Sequence record: SRR31156797_19539
Strand: one strand, 5' to 3'
Length of the DNA: 32,748 nt
Shown here: positions 1 to 9,413 of the stretch, one piece after another
Position numbering within the stretch: the stretch's first letter is position 1
Layout: the number at the start of each line of letters is the position of its first letter
The notes under the pieces: generated by a model
What the model saw: the letters and a program-made list of their open reading frames with translations, nothing else
What the model was told of the DNA's origin: nothing
Database searches by the model: none
Position numbers and translations under genes: made by a program

Positions 1-586
1 AGAAATTGAAGAAGGTGTTGATGGATTAATCCACATCTCTGATCTTTCTTGGACTAAGAAAGTGAAGCATCCAGCTGAGTTCACTCAAATTGGTGCTGAG
101 ATCGAAGTTAAAGTTCTTGAAATCGACAAGGACAACAGAAGATTAAGTTTAGGTCACAAGCAATTGGAAGAAAATCCATGGGATGTGTTCGAAACTATCT
201 TTACAACTGATTCAGTTCACGAAGGAACTATCGTAGAAGTTTTCGAAAAAGGTGCTGTTATTGCTCTTCCTTACGGTGTTGAAGGATTTGCAACTCCACG
301 TCACTTGGTGAAAGAAGATGGTGCTCAGGCAAAAGTTGACGAGAAATTATCATTCAAAGTGATTGAATTCTCTAAAGCTGCTAAGAGAATTATTCTTTCT
401 CACTCAAGAACTTTCGAAGATGTGAAGAAAGCTGAAGATACTGCTAAGAAGAAAGAAGTTGCTAAGACCACTAAAAAGGGTGTTAAAAAGGTGAAAGATT
501 CACTAGAAAAGACTACCTTAGGTGATATATCAGAATTAGCTGCTTTGAAATCGAAAATGGAAAGCGGTAACGAAGGCGAAAAATAA
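1..586 (+). CDS. rpsA: 30S ribosomal protein S1 (3' part; gene starts before the window)
   Basis: The frame is open from position 2 (EIEEGVDGLIHISDLSWTKKVKHP). It shows S1 repeats (VEVKVLEIDKDNRRLSLGHKQ-type; GAVIALPYGVEGF) and a C-terminal TTLGDISELAALK. The GTG at 62 is internal. Confidence 0.97.
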   Translation, partial: EIEEGVDGLIHISDLSWTKKVKHPAEFTQIGAEIEVKVLEIDKDNRRLSLGHKQLEENPWDVFETIFTTDSVHEGTIVEVFEKGAVIALPYGVEGFATPRHLVKEDGAQAKVDEKLSFKVIEFSKAAKRIILSHSRTFEDVKKAEDTAKKKEVAKTTKKGVKKVKDSLEKTTLGDISELAALKSKMESGNEGEK

Positions 587-603
587 TTAAAAAATAGGTA
601 CTT

Positions 604-963
604 ATGGACTTCAAGATTGACAAGAAAGACGGATACACTTTAGTTCAGGTGTTGAAAGATAAATTGGATACTCATATTGCTCCGGCATTAAAATCAGAAT
701 TGGTTTTGATTTCAGGAAATGGTGAGAGAAATATTCTTTTAGATTTAACTCCTTGTACGTATTGTGATTCTTCTGGTCTTAGTGCAATTCTTGTAGCGAA
801 TAGGTTGTGCAAAAATGCCAATGGAACATTTGTTCTATATGGTTTGCAGCCTGCTGTTGAAAGATTAGTTTCTATTTCTCAGTTAGATTCAGTTTTAAAT
901 ATTGCTTACAATATGGACGAGGCTGTTTCTACAATGAAAGCTCAAATAGAATTAAACAAATAG
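604..963 (+). CDS. STAS-domain anti-sigma factor antagonist (SpoIIAA/RsbV-like)
   Basis: ILLDLTPCTYCDSSGLSAIL with the DSSG phospho-serine motif; GLQPAVERLVSISQLD; 119 aa. Confidence 0.9.
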   Translation: MDFKIDKKDGYTLVQVLKDKLDTHIAPALKSELVLISGNGERNILLDLTPCTYCDSSGLSAILVANRLCKNANGTFVLYGLQPAVERLVSISQLDSVLNIAYNMDEAVSTMKAQIELNK

Positions 964-966
964 TTA

Positions 967-1893
967 GTGAAATTTGAAGTAACAATCTTAGGGAGCAATT
1001 CTGCATTGCCAACTACCAAAAGATTTCCAACCGCTCAGGTGCTCAATGTACTTGAGCGGTTTTTTTTAATCGATTGTGGTGAAGGCACGCAGATTCAGAT
1101 GAAGCGATTCAGGGTTCCGATGAACCGGATCAATCATATCTTTATCTCTCATACTCATGGAGATCATATTTTTGGGTTAATTGGTTTATTATCTACATAT
1201 GCTCTTCAGGGGCGTAAAGCCGATTTGCATATCTATGGACACAGCAAGTTGGAAAAGTTGATTACTTTTCAACTCGAGCTTTTGGAAACCCGAAAACCAT
1301 ACAAAATCATTTTTCATACTATTTATGGGAAAGAGGTTCAAACTCTTTTTGAGGATGAGAAGATGATTGTTCAATCATTTCCTTTAAAGCATGGAGCAAT
1401 GCCTTGTGCTGGTTTTTTATTTAAGGAAAAGGAAAGACCCAGAACATTAATAAGTGATATGCTGAAAGCTTATGATGTTCCTATAAAATTTAGGAAAGCA
1501 TTAAAAGAAGGTGAAGATTTTGTCACCGAAGATGGAGATGTAATTCCTAACAAAAGACTAACAACAGATGCACCTCGATCACGATCCTACGCATTCTGTA
1601 CGGATACAGCTCCTTATGCTAAAATTTTGCCTGTAATCGAAAATGTTGATCTGCTTTACCATGAAGCAACATTTTTAAAAACGGAAACTAAATTGGCAAA
1701 ATCAACTTACCATTCTACTGCTGAGCAAGCTGCTAATGTTGCTAACCAAGCAAATGTTAGAAAGTTAATTATAGGTCATTTTTCGGCTCGTTTTAAAAAG
1801 CTTGACGAACATTTAAAAGAAGCTAAAGAAATATTTCCGAATACCGATTTGGCTGAAGACGGAAAAAAGTTTCAGATTGAACTTGATCGCTAA
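967..1893 (+). CDS. rnz: Ribonuclease Z
   Basis: ILGSNSALPT, LIDCGEGTQ, HTHGDH (HxHxDH), CTDT, HEATF, HST, GHFSARF; GTG start. Confidence 0.95.
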   Translation: MKFEVTILGSNSALPTTKRFPTAQVLNVLERFFLIDCGEGTQIQMKRFRVPMNRINHIFISHTHGDHIFGLIGLLSTYALQGRKADLHIYGHSKLEKLITFQLELLETRKPYKIIFHTIYGKEVQTLFEDEKMIVQSFPLKHGAMPCAGFLFKEKERPRTLISDMLKAYDVPIKFRKALKEGEDFVTEDGDVIPNKRLTTDAPRSRSYAFCTDTAPYAKILPVIENVDLLYHEATFLKTETKLAKSTYHSTAEQAANVANQANVRKLIIGHFSARFKKLDEHLKEAKEIFPNTDLAEDGKKFQIELDR

Positions 1894-1959
1894 AAATGAA
1901 TAAGCAATCAAGTTTTTTTATACTTTAGCAACTCTTAATACCTTTTAAACTAAACAAAC

Positions 1960-3207
1960 ATGAAACGAATAGTATTGATGTTGGTTGCTGGAGCAATTGC
2001 AAGTTCTTCGTTTGCACAGCAAAAACAAGACAAATCTAAATTTAAAGAGTACGAGCCAGGTTATTATCAAAATTCTATTTTGAAAGATATCCGTATGGTT
2101 AATGATCAGTTAGAGAAAAAAGATGTAGATAAGCGATTCTTTATGGATCAAAGTTCTTATGATCTGCCAAATAAAATATCTCTTTATAAGAATAATACCG
2201 AGTGGGCATTTCCAACTATTTCGCAAGGTAACACAGGAACTTGCTGGTGCTTTTCAACTACTTCATTTTATGAATCAGAAGTGTATCGCTTACAAAAGAA
2301 AAAAGTAGATATTTCTGAATTGTATACAGTTTATTGGGAGTATGTAGAAAAAGCACGTCGTTTTATTCAGGAAAGAGGTGATTCTCATTTTGAGCAAGGT
2401 GCAGAAGGAAATTCTGTGGCTAGAATGTGGAAGCAATATGGAGTTTGTCCACAATCTGAGTACAGTGGCTTATTGAATGGGAGAAAATTCCACACTCATG
2501 AGAAAATGTATACAGAGATGATGGCATTTCTTAATGGTTTAAAGAAAAGCAATGCATGGAATGAAGAAGAAGCTTTGGTTACGATTAAAGCTATCATGAA
2601 CCATTATATGGGAACGCCTCCAACAAAATTTGTGGTTGAAGGTAAAGAATATACACCAATGACTTATTTGAAGGATTATTTGAAGTTAAATCCAGATGAT
2701 TATGTAGAGATTTTATCATATATGCAGGAGCCATACTGGGAGCAAGTAGAATATAAGGTGCCTGATAACTGGTGGCATTCTAAAGAATATTACAATGTTC
2801 CTTTGGACGATTATATGAAAGCTGTTAAAAAGGCAGTTCGTAACGGTTACACTATGAGTATTGGCGGTGATGTTTCCGAGGCTGGATTTTTAAGAACAAC
2901 AAATTGTGCAATGGTTCCTTCATTCGATATTCCTTCGGAGTATATTAACGAGGAGGCACGTCAGTATCGTTTTTCTAATGGATCTACAACAGATGATCAC
3001 GGAATGCATCTGGTAGGTTACTATGTTGATAAAGATGGTAAGGATTGGTACCTGATTAAAGATTCAAGCTCAGGATCAAGAAATATTGACGAGAATTCAG
3101 CTGAATTTGGATACTATTTCTTCCATGAAGATTACGTGAAATTAAAAATGATGGGGTTCACCGTCCATAAAGATGCGGTGAAAGATCTCATGAAAAAATT
3201 TAAATAA
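1960..3207 (+). CDS. Secreted C1-family (aminopeptidase C/bleomycin hydrolase-like) cysteine peptidase
   Basis: Signal peptide ending SSFA|Q; QGNTGTCWCFS catalytic Cys motif; TDDHGMHLVG catalytic His motif. Confidence 0.9.
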   Translation: MKRIVLMLVAGAIASSSFAQQKQDKSKFKEYEPGYYQNSILKDIRMVNDQLEKKDVDKRFFMDQSSYDLPNKISLYKNNTEWAFPTISQGNTGTCWCFSTTSFYESEVYRLQKKKVDISELYTVYWEYVEKARRFIQERGDSHFEQGAEGNSVARMWKQYGVCPQSEYSGLLNGRKFHTHEKMYTEMMAFLNGLKKSNAWNEEEALVTIKAIMNHYMGTPPTKFVVEGKEYTPMTYLKDYLKLNPDDYVEILSYMQEPYWEQVEYKVPDNWWHSKEYYNVPLDDYMKAVKKAVRNGYTMSIGGDVSEAGFLRTTNCAMVPSFDIPSEYINEEARQYRFSNGSTTDDHGMHLVGYYVDKDGKDWYLIKDSSSGSRNIDENSAEFGYYFFHEDYVKLKMMGFTVHKDAVKDLMKKFK

Positions 3208-3213
3208 TGTATT

Positions 3214-3245
3214 AACCCCTGAGCTTTGCTTGGGGGTTTTGTTTT
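3214..3245 (+). terminator. Intrinsic terminator
   Basis: AACCCCTGAGC-TTT-GCTTGGGGGTT stem followed by TTGTTTT, just after the stop at 3207. Confidence 0.8.
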
Positions 3246-3323
3246 ATTATTAGCTTGTTACAGGTGATATGATTTATTGTTTTTGAAAACTTATTTAGGT
3301 GGTTTTAAAGTCGTAAATTTGTG

Positions 3324-3331
3324 TATCTTTG
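3324..3331 (+). promoter_or_regulatory. Bacteroidota housekeeping-sigma -7 element for guaA
   Basis: TATCTTTG matches TAnnTTTG, 45 nt upstream of the ATG at 3376. A second match, TAAATTTG, lies at 3314-3321. Confidence 0.6.
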
Positions 3332-3375
3332 TACGCCAAATAAGATTACTGAACAACCTTCAATTTTATAGTTTT

Positions 3376-4908
3376 ATGCAGGAAAAAATTCTGATTCTAG
3401 ATTTTGGCTCACAGTACACTCAGTTAATCGCAAGACGTGTGCGTGAATTAAATGTGTATTGCGAAATACATCCTTATAATAATCCTCCAGCTATCGATGA
3501 GTCGATAAAAGGAGTTATCCTTTCAGGAAGTCCATTTTCTGTTAGAGACGAGAAGGCTCCAATTCCAAATTTATCTGAAATTAAAGGCAAATTACCTCTT
3601 TTAGGTGTTTGTTACGGTGCGCAGCATTTGGCTCACTGTTTTGGAGGAGAAGTAATGGCTTCGAATAAGCGTGAGTATGGTCGAGCTAACCTTACTTCTG
3701 TCGATACTACCAATGAATTGTTGAAGGGAATTAGTTTGAATTCTCAGGTTTGGATGTCACATGGTGATACCATTGAAAGAATGCCTTCAAATTATAAAGT
3801 TACTGCAAGCACTGCAGATGTAGAAAATGCAGCTTTTGCCATTGAAGGAGAATCAACGTATGGGATTCAATTTCATCCTGAGGTATATCATAGTACCGAA
3901 GGAATTGTTTTGTTAGAAAACTTTATAGTAGGTGTTTGTGGATGTTCTCAAGACTGGACTCCTGATGCATTTGTTGATACAACCGTAGCAGAGTTAAAGG
4001 CTCAACTTGGTGACGATAGAGTAATTCTTGGTTTATCAGGAGGTGTTGATTCTACTGTAGCTGCAATGCTATTGCACAAAGCAATTGGAAAAAATCTTTA
4101 CTGTATTTTCGTGGACAATGGTTTGTTGCGAAAAAACGAGTTCACCGACGTATTAAAGAAATACGAAACGCTAGGTTTAAATGTAACAGGTGTTGATGCT
4201 GGAGAGAAGTTCATCTCTGCATTAAAAGGTGTTACAGATCCGGAAGGTAAGCGTAAGATTATTGGTAATGCTTTTGTTGAGGTATTCGATGAAGAATCTC
4301 ATAAAATTGAAAATGCCAAGTGGTTAGGACAGGGAACGATTTATCCTGATGTTATTGAGTCTGTATCAGTAACAGGAGGACCTTCACAAACGATTAAGTC
4401 TCACCATAATGTTGGCGGATTACCAGACTATATGAAACTGAAAGTGGTAGAACCATTGAAGTTGTTATTCAAAGATGAGGTTCGTCGTGTTGGACGAAGT
4501 ATGGGATTGGAAGATAAGTTTATCAGCCGTCATCCATTTCCAGGACCTGGATTAGGTATTCGTATTTTAGGTGATATTACAGCTGAAAAAGTACAAATTC
4601 TTCAGGAAGTAGATGATATCTTTATCTCTGGCTTAAAAGAAGATGGCTTGTACGATGATGTATGGCAAGCTGGTGCAATGTTATTGCCAGTGCAATCAGT
4701 TGGTGTAATGGGAGATGAGAGAACGTATGAGAGCGTTGTTGCTCTTCGTGCTGTTGGTTCAACTGATGGTATGACTGCAGACTGGTCTCATTTACCTTAT
4801 GAGTTTTTGGCAAAAACTTCAAATAAAATCATCAATAATGTGAAAGGTGTGAATAGAGTTGTTTATGATATCAGCTCGAAGCCACCAGCAACAATCGAAT
4901 GGGAATAA
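3376..4908 (+). CDS. guaA: GMP synthase (glutamine-hydrolysing)
   Basis: [62 protein letters not shown]. Start reassigned from TTG 3277 to ATG 3376 (MQEKILIL). Confidence 0.98.
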   Translation: MQEKILILDFGSQYTQLIARRVRELNVYCEIHPYNNPPAIDESIKGVILSGSPFSVRDEKAPIPNLSEIKGKLPLLGVCYGAQHLAHCFGGEVMASNKREYGRANLTSVDTTNELLKGISLNSQVWMSHGDTIERMPSNYKVTASTADVENAAFAIEGESTYGIQFHPEVYHSTEGIVLLENFIVGVCGCSQDWTPDAFVDTTVAELKAQLGDDRVILGLSGGVDSTVAAMLLHKAIGKNLYCIFVDNGLLRKNEFTDVLKKYETLGLNVTGVDAGEKFISALKGVTDPEGKRKIIGNAFVEVFDEESHKIENAKWLGQGTIYPDVIESVSVTGGPSQTIKSHHNVGGLPDYMKLKVVEPLKLLFKDEVRRVGRSMGLEDKFISRHPFPGPGLGIRILGDITAEKVQILQEVDDIFISGLKEDGLYDDVWQAGAMLLPVQSVGVMGDERTYESVVALRAVGSTDGMTADWSHLPYEFLAKTSNKIINNVKGVNRVVYDISSKPPATIEWE

Positions 4909-4925
4909 ATTTCCAATATATATCG

Positions 4926-4955
4926 AAGGCAGTACTATATGTACTGCCTTTTTTT
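4926..4955 (+). terminator. Intrinsic terminator of guaA
   Basis: Perfect stem AAGGCAGTAC-TATAT-GTACTGCCTT plus T-tract. Confidence 0.85.
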
Positions 4956-5688
4956 ATTTTTTAAATTGATCCTGATTTTCATGATAATATTCATGAGCGG
5001 TATTGATTTTTTCTTCCAATTCATTCAATTTTTCTTCGGCAGAATCAATGTCAGATTTTTGAATCAACTGTTCCAATTCAATAATTGTGGTTCGCGCCTG
5101 TATCATTGAGAAGTTTGCCAAAACGCCTTTGAGTTTATGTGCAGCATCTTTGGCTTTTTTCAAGTCAGAGTTTAAAAGTGGCGTACGAATATCTGATATC
5201 CTGGAATCTTTAATCTCAAAAAATTTCTCAATAACTTCTTTAATGAAATTACGATTGTTATCCACCCGAACAAATAGTTCTTTAAAATTTATAATGGCAA
5301 GGTTCTTGTCTGTTGTTTTGGGTTCACGTGGCAAATCAATCAATTGAAGGACAAGAGATCTTAAATTCATCTCTTCAGGGAAATAAAGAAGTTTATTCTT
5401 TTTGCAAATATCTTCCTGATCAGCAGATGAAGTTATAATCAGTAATCTGAATTTTTTTTCGGATGAACCAGTGTAATATTGTTTTAAAGCTTCTAATGAT
5501 TGATTCAATTCAAGAGCAGTGGCATTATCAAATTGATATTTGGATATAATGAGGTCAAAATTATTAGCCATAACCTGTTCGGTTGTTTCTTGCATGGAGC
5601 TACATTGGGAAATAGAAATGTTTTTGATTGATTCTATTCCAGTATGAGATGTAAATCCAAGTAAAAGTATATTGGCTTTATGTTTCAT
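4954..5688 (-). CDS. Hpt-domain protein with N-terminal degenerate receiver-like domain
   Basis: C-terminal Hpt motif AAHKLKGVLANF, preceded by ELFVRVDNNRNFIKEVIEKF. The N-terminus is REC-like (NILLL...FDLIISKYQF...ALEL...LLIITSS). Confidence 0.8.
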   Translation of the reverse strand: MKHKANILLLGFTSHTGIESIKNISISQCSSMQETTEQVMANNFDLIISKYQFDNATALELNQSLEALKQYYTGSSEKKFRLLIITSSADQEDICKKNKLLYFPEEMNLRSLVLQLIDLPREPKTTDKNLAIINFKELFVRVDNNRNFIKEVIEKFFEIKDSRISDIRTPLLNSDLKKAKDAAHKLKGVLANFSMIQARTTIIELEQLIQKSDIDSAEEKLNELEEKINTAHEYYHENQDQFKK

Positions 5689-5793
5689 ATTTGTTAAATT
5701 CGATACCTGTAATTCTTAAAAAGATTGTATCTTTCGTGAAGTTCAGTAATGTGTAATCAATTTGCGCAAAATTTATTAAAAAGCATAATTTAT

Positions 5794-7407
5794 ATGAGTA
5801 GTTTGAAGAAAAAATTGAGGAATGGTTTTGCTTTATGTCTGATAAGTGTTCTGGCTTTTACTGGAGCCGTAAATGCTCAATCGGTCAAACACCAGGCAAT
5901 TAAATATCAAAATTTATTGGCATTGATTGATGCATTTTATGTGGATACCGTAAATGTAGAAAAATTAACTGAAGATGCCGTAATTAAAGTACTTGCAGAA
6001 CTTGATCCTCATTCGATATATATTAGTAAGGATGAAATAAAAGAAATGAACGAACCTTTACAAGGAAGTTTTAGCGGAATAGGGGTTCAGTTTAATATAC
6101 TTCGTGACACTCTTATGGTTGTTGCCACAATTCCTGGTGGACCATCGGAAACGGTAGGTGTGCGTGCAGGTGATAGAATCATTAAAATTGATAATGAAAA
6201 TGTTGCCGCTATTGGAATGAAAAATTCTGATGTACATAAGCGCTTGCGAGGTGAGAAGGGTACAATTGTTACCATTGAAGTGAAAAGAAAGAAAGAGAAG
6301 GAACTTCTTGAGTTTGTAATTACTCGAGATAAAATTCCAATTCATAGCTTGGATGCTGCCTTCATGATAAATAAAGAAATAGGCTATATCAAATTAAATA
6401 GATTTGCTGCAACTACTGCTGACGAATTTTTAAAAGCTCTGGTCGAATTGAAGGCAAATAATATGCAAGATCTTGTCTTGGATTTGCGAGGAAATGGTGG
6501 TGGTTATATGACTGCAGCTATTGAAATTGTTGATCAGTTTTTAGATGCTGAAAAGTTAATTGTCTACACAAAAGGATTAACGACACCAAGACGAGAAAGT
6601 ATCTCTACAGAAAAAGGTATTTTTAAAGATGGAAACATAGTAGTTCTTTTGGATGAGGGATCGGCTTCAGCTTCAGAGATTGTTTCTGGTGCAGTTCAGG
6701 ATTGGGATAGAGGAGTTATTATTGGTCGTCGTACTTTTGGAAAAGGATTGGTACAACGACAATTTCCACTTTCCGATGGTTCAATGATTCGTTTAACTAC
6801 GGCACATTATTATACTCCAACTGGTCGTTGTATTCAAAAGCCTTATGAAAATGGATTGCAAGATTATCATTTAGATATCATAAAGCGTTATCAATCTGGA
6901 GAAATGATTAGCGCAGATAGTATTCAATTTGCTGATTCATTGAAATACAATACTCTTGTTAATAAACGAGTGGTTTATGGCGGAGGTGGTATCATGCCTG
7001 ATATCTTTATGCCAATTGATACTACTGCTAACTTTAAATACTTCAATCTTTTGGTTCGAAAAAATGTAATTTACCCTTACGTTGTGAATTATATGGATAA
7101 GAATTTAGAGAAGTTGAAAAAGAAATATCCAAAATTCGAATCATTTTCGGAGAAATTTGAAGTGGATGATGAAATGATGGCAGAAATAGTTGCTTTGGGT
7201 GAGAAAGAAGGTATTGAGAAAACAGAAGAGGAATACAATGCGGTTGTGGATGATATTAAACTTCATGTTAAAGCGTTGTTAGCTCGTGATTTATGGGAAA
7301 GTTCGGAGTATTACAAAATTGTAAATAAGGAGAATGATTTCATTAAAAAAGCTATAGAAGTATTAGAAAATAGGAAATTATACGATCAGGAACTGGTCAG
7401 CGAATAA
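5794..7407 (+). CDS. S41 family C-terminal processing protease (CtpA/Prc-like) with PDZ domain
   Basis: LDPHS, FSGIGVQF, PDZ (GGPSETVGVRAGDRIIKID), DLRGNGGG, SASASEIVSGAVQD, TFGKGLVQ, GGGIMPD. Start likely ATG 5794, with signal peptide ending VNA|Q. Confidence 0.93.
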   Translation: MSSLKKKLRNGFALCLISVLAFTGAVNAQSVKHQAIKYQNLLALIDAFYVDTVNVEKLTEDAVIKVLAELDPHSIYISKDEIKEMNEPLQGSFSGIGVQFNILRDTLMVVATIPGGPSETVGVRAGDRIIKIDNENVAAIGMKNSDVHKRLRGEKGTIVTIEVKRKKEKELLEFVITRDKIPIHSLDAAFMINKEIGYIKLNRFAATTADEFLKALVELKANNMQDLVLDLRGNGGGYMTAAIEIVDQFLDAEKLIVYTKGLTTPRRESISTEKGIFKDGNIVVLLDEGSASASEIVSGAVQDWDRGVIIGRRTFGKGLVQRQFPLSDGSMIRLTTAHYYTPTGRCIQKPYENGLQDYHLDIIKRYQSGEMISADSIQFADSLKYNTLVNKRVVYGGGGIMPDIFMPIDTTANFKYFNLLVRKNVIYPYVVNYMDKNLEKLKKKYPKFESFSEKFEVDDEMMAEIVALGEKEGIEKTEEEYNAVVDDIKLHVKALLARDLWESSEYYKIVNKENDFIKKAIEVLENRKLYDQELVSE

Positions 7408-7419
7408 GGACTGATAATT

Positions 7420-7449
7420 AGCCGAAAGCATTGCTTTCGGCTTTTTTTT
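7420..7449 (+). terminator. Intrinsic terminator
   Basis: AGCCGAAAGCA-T-TGCTTTCGGCT inverted repeat plus T-tract. Confidence 0.88.
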
Positions 7450-7491
7450 CGATAATATTTCTAAAAGCCTATGTTTTTAGTCCTTAAAGAT

Positions 7492-7499
7492 TAATTTTG
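7492..7499 (+). promoter_or_regulatory. -7 promoter element for the THUMP methyltransferase gene
   Basis: TAATTTTG, downstream of the preceding terminator. Confidence 0.55.
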
Positions 7500-7588
7500 T
7501 ATCCGAAATTCGAACCGAAAGCATGAGCTCAGAAAAGACGTTTTCGCTGGTTCGAAGAATTGAAATAGTTAGACGAAGATTAAAAAAG

Positions 7589-8761
7589 ATGGTTTTGAAA
7601 ACAGACTCGGGTAAATTCAGATTAATTGCAAAAACCTTTCATGGTTTAGAGGAAGTATTGTCTAAGGAATTAGAACAATTAGGTGCAGAAGAGATAAGAA
7701 TTTTAAAGCGCGCAGTTAGCTTTGTTGGTGATAAAACACTATTGTATAAAACAAACATGCACTTAAGAACTGCAACCCGCGTTATTAAACCAATTCATAA
7801 ATTTACAGCTCACGATACCGACGAGTTGTATAAAGGAATTCAAGAGATTGATTGGAGTCAGTATATTGGGAATAAAGATACAATTGCCATTGACAGTACA
7901 GTTAGTTCAGAGGATTTTAAACACTCAAAATTTGTTACTTATCGCGTAAAGGATGCTATTGTTGATCAGTTTTTCTACGCAACAGGCAATCGTCCTTCAG
8001 TTCGTATGGTGAATCCAACTTTACGAATCAATATTCATATCGATAGAAATACTTGTACCGTTTCACTGGATAGTTCTGGGGAATCTTTACACAAAAGAGG
8101 ATACCGTGTGGGGGAAACAGCAGCACCTTTGAACGAGGTTATGGCTGCAGGTATGATTTTACTTTCGGAATGGGATAAGAAATCAAATTTTATTGATCCG
8201 ATGTGTGGTTCAGGAACAATCTTGATTGAAGCTGCATTGATCGCATATAATATTCCTCCAGGATTGTATCGTAAAGAATTTGGTTTCCAGAAATGGAAGG
8301 ATTACGATGAGGAGATGTGGGATGATATCTATAATGAAGAAACAGAAGTAGATTACGAAGGTGATATTATTGGAGCAGATATTTCTGATAAGGCGATGGA
8401 AATTGCTGAAGCGAATATTCGAAATGCAGGTTTAAGAAGAAAAATTAAGTTGAATGTAATGCCTTTCCAACAATTTGTTCCTCCTGTAGAAAAAGGATTG
8501 TTGATTACGAATCCACCTTATGGTGAACGTTTGAGACCAAGAGATTTAGAAGGTTTATATTCGATGATTGGAGAGAGATTGAAACATCACTTTAGTGGAT
8601 ATGATGCTTGGATTTTGAGCTACTCAAAAGAGTGTTTTGATAGCGTATCACTTCGTCCATCACGTAAAGTAACCTTGTTTAATGGTGCATTGGAATGTAA
8701 GTTTCAGAAGTATTCAATGTTCGAAGGAAAAAAGAAAGATAACTATAAAAGAGATAAGTAA
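7589..8761 (+). CDS. THUMP-domain class I SAM-dependent rRNA methyltransferase (RlmL-like)
   Basis: AKTFHGLEEVL, THUMP region, SLDSSGESLHKRGYR, APLNE, DPMCGSGT, NPPYGERL. Start is either 7523 or 7589; 7589 has an A-rich context and is preferred. Confidence 0.9.
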   Translation: MVLKTDSGKFRLIAKTFHGLEEVLSKELEQLGAEEIRILKRAVSFVGDKTLLYKTNMHLRTATRVIKPIHKFTAHDTDELYKGIQEIDWSQYIGNKDTIAIDSTVSSEDFKHSKFVTYRVKDAIVDQFFYATGNRPSVRMVNPTLRINIHIDRNTCTVSLDSSGESLHKRGYRVGETAAPLNEVMAAGMILLSEWDKKSNFIDPMCGSGTILIEAALIAYNIPPGLYRKEFGFQKWKDYDEEMWDDIYNEETEVDYEGDIIGADISDKAMEIAEANIRNAGLRRKIKLNVMPFQQFVPPVEKGLLITNPPYGERLRPRDLEGLYSMIGERLKHHFSGYDAWILSYSKECFDSVSLRPSRKVTLFNGALECKFQKYSMFEGKKKDNYKRDK

Positions 8762-8812
8762 TATCGAATCTAATTTTGATGTTGTATCACTTTAAGCATA
8801 GGGATATTTTGT

Positions 8813-8820
8813 TATATTTG
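8813..8820 (+). promoter_or_regulatory. -7 promoter element for siaBC-like genes
   Basis: TATATTTG, 30 nt upstream of the ATG at 8851. Confidence 0.6.
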
Positions 8821-8850
8821 TCTATCGAGTAACCAAAACCTAAAATTTAT

Positions 8851-9390
8851 ATGAGCTTTAATCTTGACCATTGGTATGAGGATAAAATAGATGAAGATGC
8901 TATTTTTGACTATAGGGGGAGGGTTGAAGACGAGGATGTTACATCGATATTGAGTTCTATAGAAGAAATTCTAAAAAGAAAGGATGAATCTCCTAAATTA
9001 TTCAAGAAAATATTTAATGTATTGATTGAATTGGTACAAAATCTTCATCATCACGGTGAAGTACCTTCGGATTTAGGTGTTGATTATAGCAAATATGGTG
9101 TGTTGATCCTTAGAGATGAGGGGATGCAGTATCGTATTAGTGTAGGTAATTTTATTAAAATTGATGGATTAAAATTAATTCGAGATAGAATTGATCAAAT
9201 CAATACCTTGTCTTCTGAGGAAACCAGAAGTTTGTATCGTTTGATTTTGAATAATGAGGAATTCTCTGAAAAAGGAGGAGGCGGTTTAGGAATAGTGGAT
9301 ATTGCCAGAAAAAGTGGCAATAATATGGAATACCAGTTTCTGGAGTACAGTCCTGATTATTTATTTCTTTCGATAGATGTTATTATTTAA
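8851..9390 (+). CDS. siaB: SiaB-family protein kinase (DUF6272; SpoIIAB/GHKL-like)
   Basis: N-box-like IELVQNLHHHG, SVGN, and G-box SEKGGGGLGIVDIARKSG; adjacent to a SiaC gene. Confidence 0.85.
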   Translation: MSFNLDHWYEDKIDEDAIFDYRGRVEDEDVTSILSSIEEILKRKDESPKLFKKIFNVLIELVQNLHHHGEVPSDLGVDYSKYGVLILRDEGMQYRISVGNFIKIDGLKLIRDRIDQINTLSSEETRSLYRLILNNEEFSEKGGGGLGIVDIARKSGNNMEYQFLEYSPDYLFLSIDVII

Positions 9391-9413
9391 AAACCTTAAA
9401 AAGTAAAATTTTC

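Noticed and set aside
62-586. 174-aa ORF starting at GTG 62 as a complete gene
   Set aside because: The frame is open to the window edge with S1 sequence, so this is the 3' part of rpsA.
3277-3375. N-terminal extension of GuaA, or a purine riboswitch in the guaA leader
   Set aside because: Homology starts at MQEKILIL (3376) and the extension overlaps promoter elements. The ~40-nt leader is too short and lacks a purine aptamer pattern.
7509-7560. tRNA, suggested by the T-loop-like GGTTCGAA
   Set aside because: There is no cloverleaf, T-stem closure or acceptor stem; the motif is one arm of an inverted repeat.
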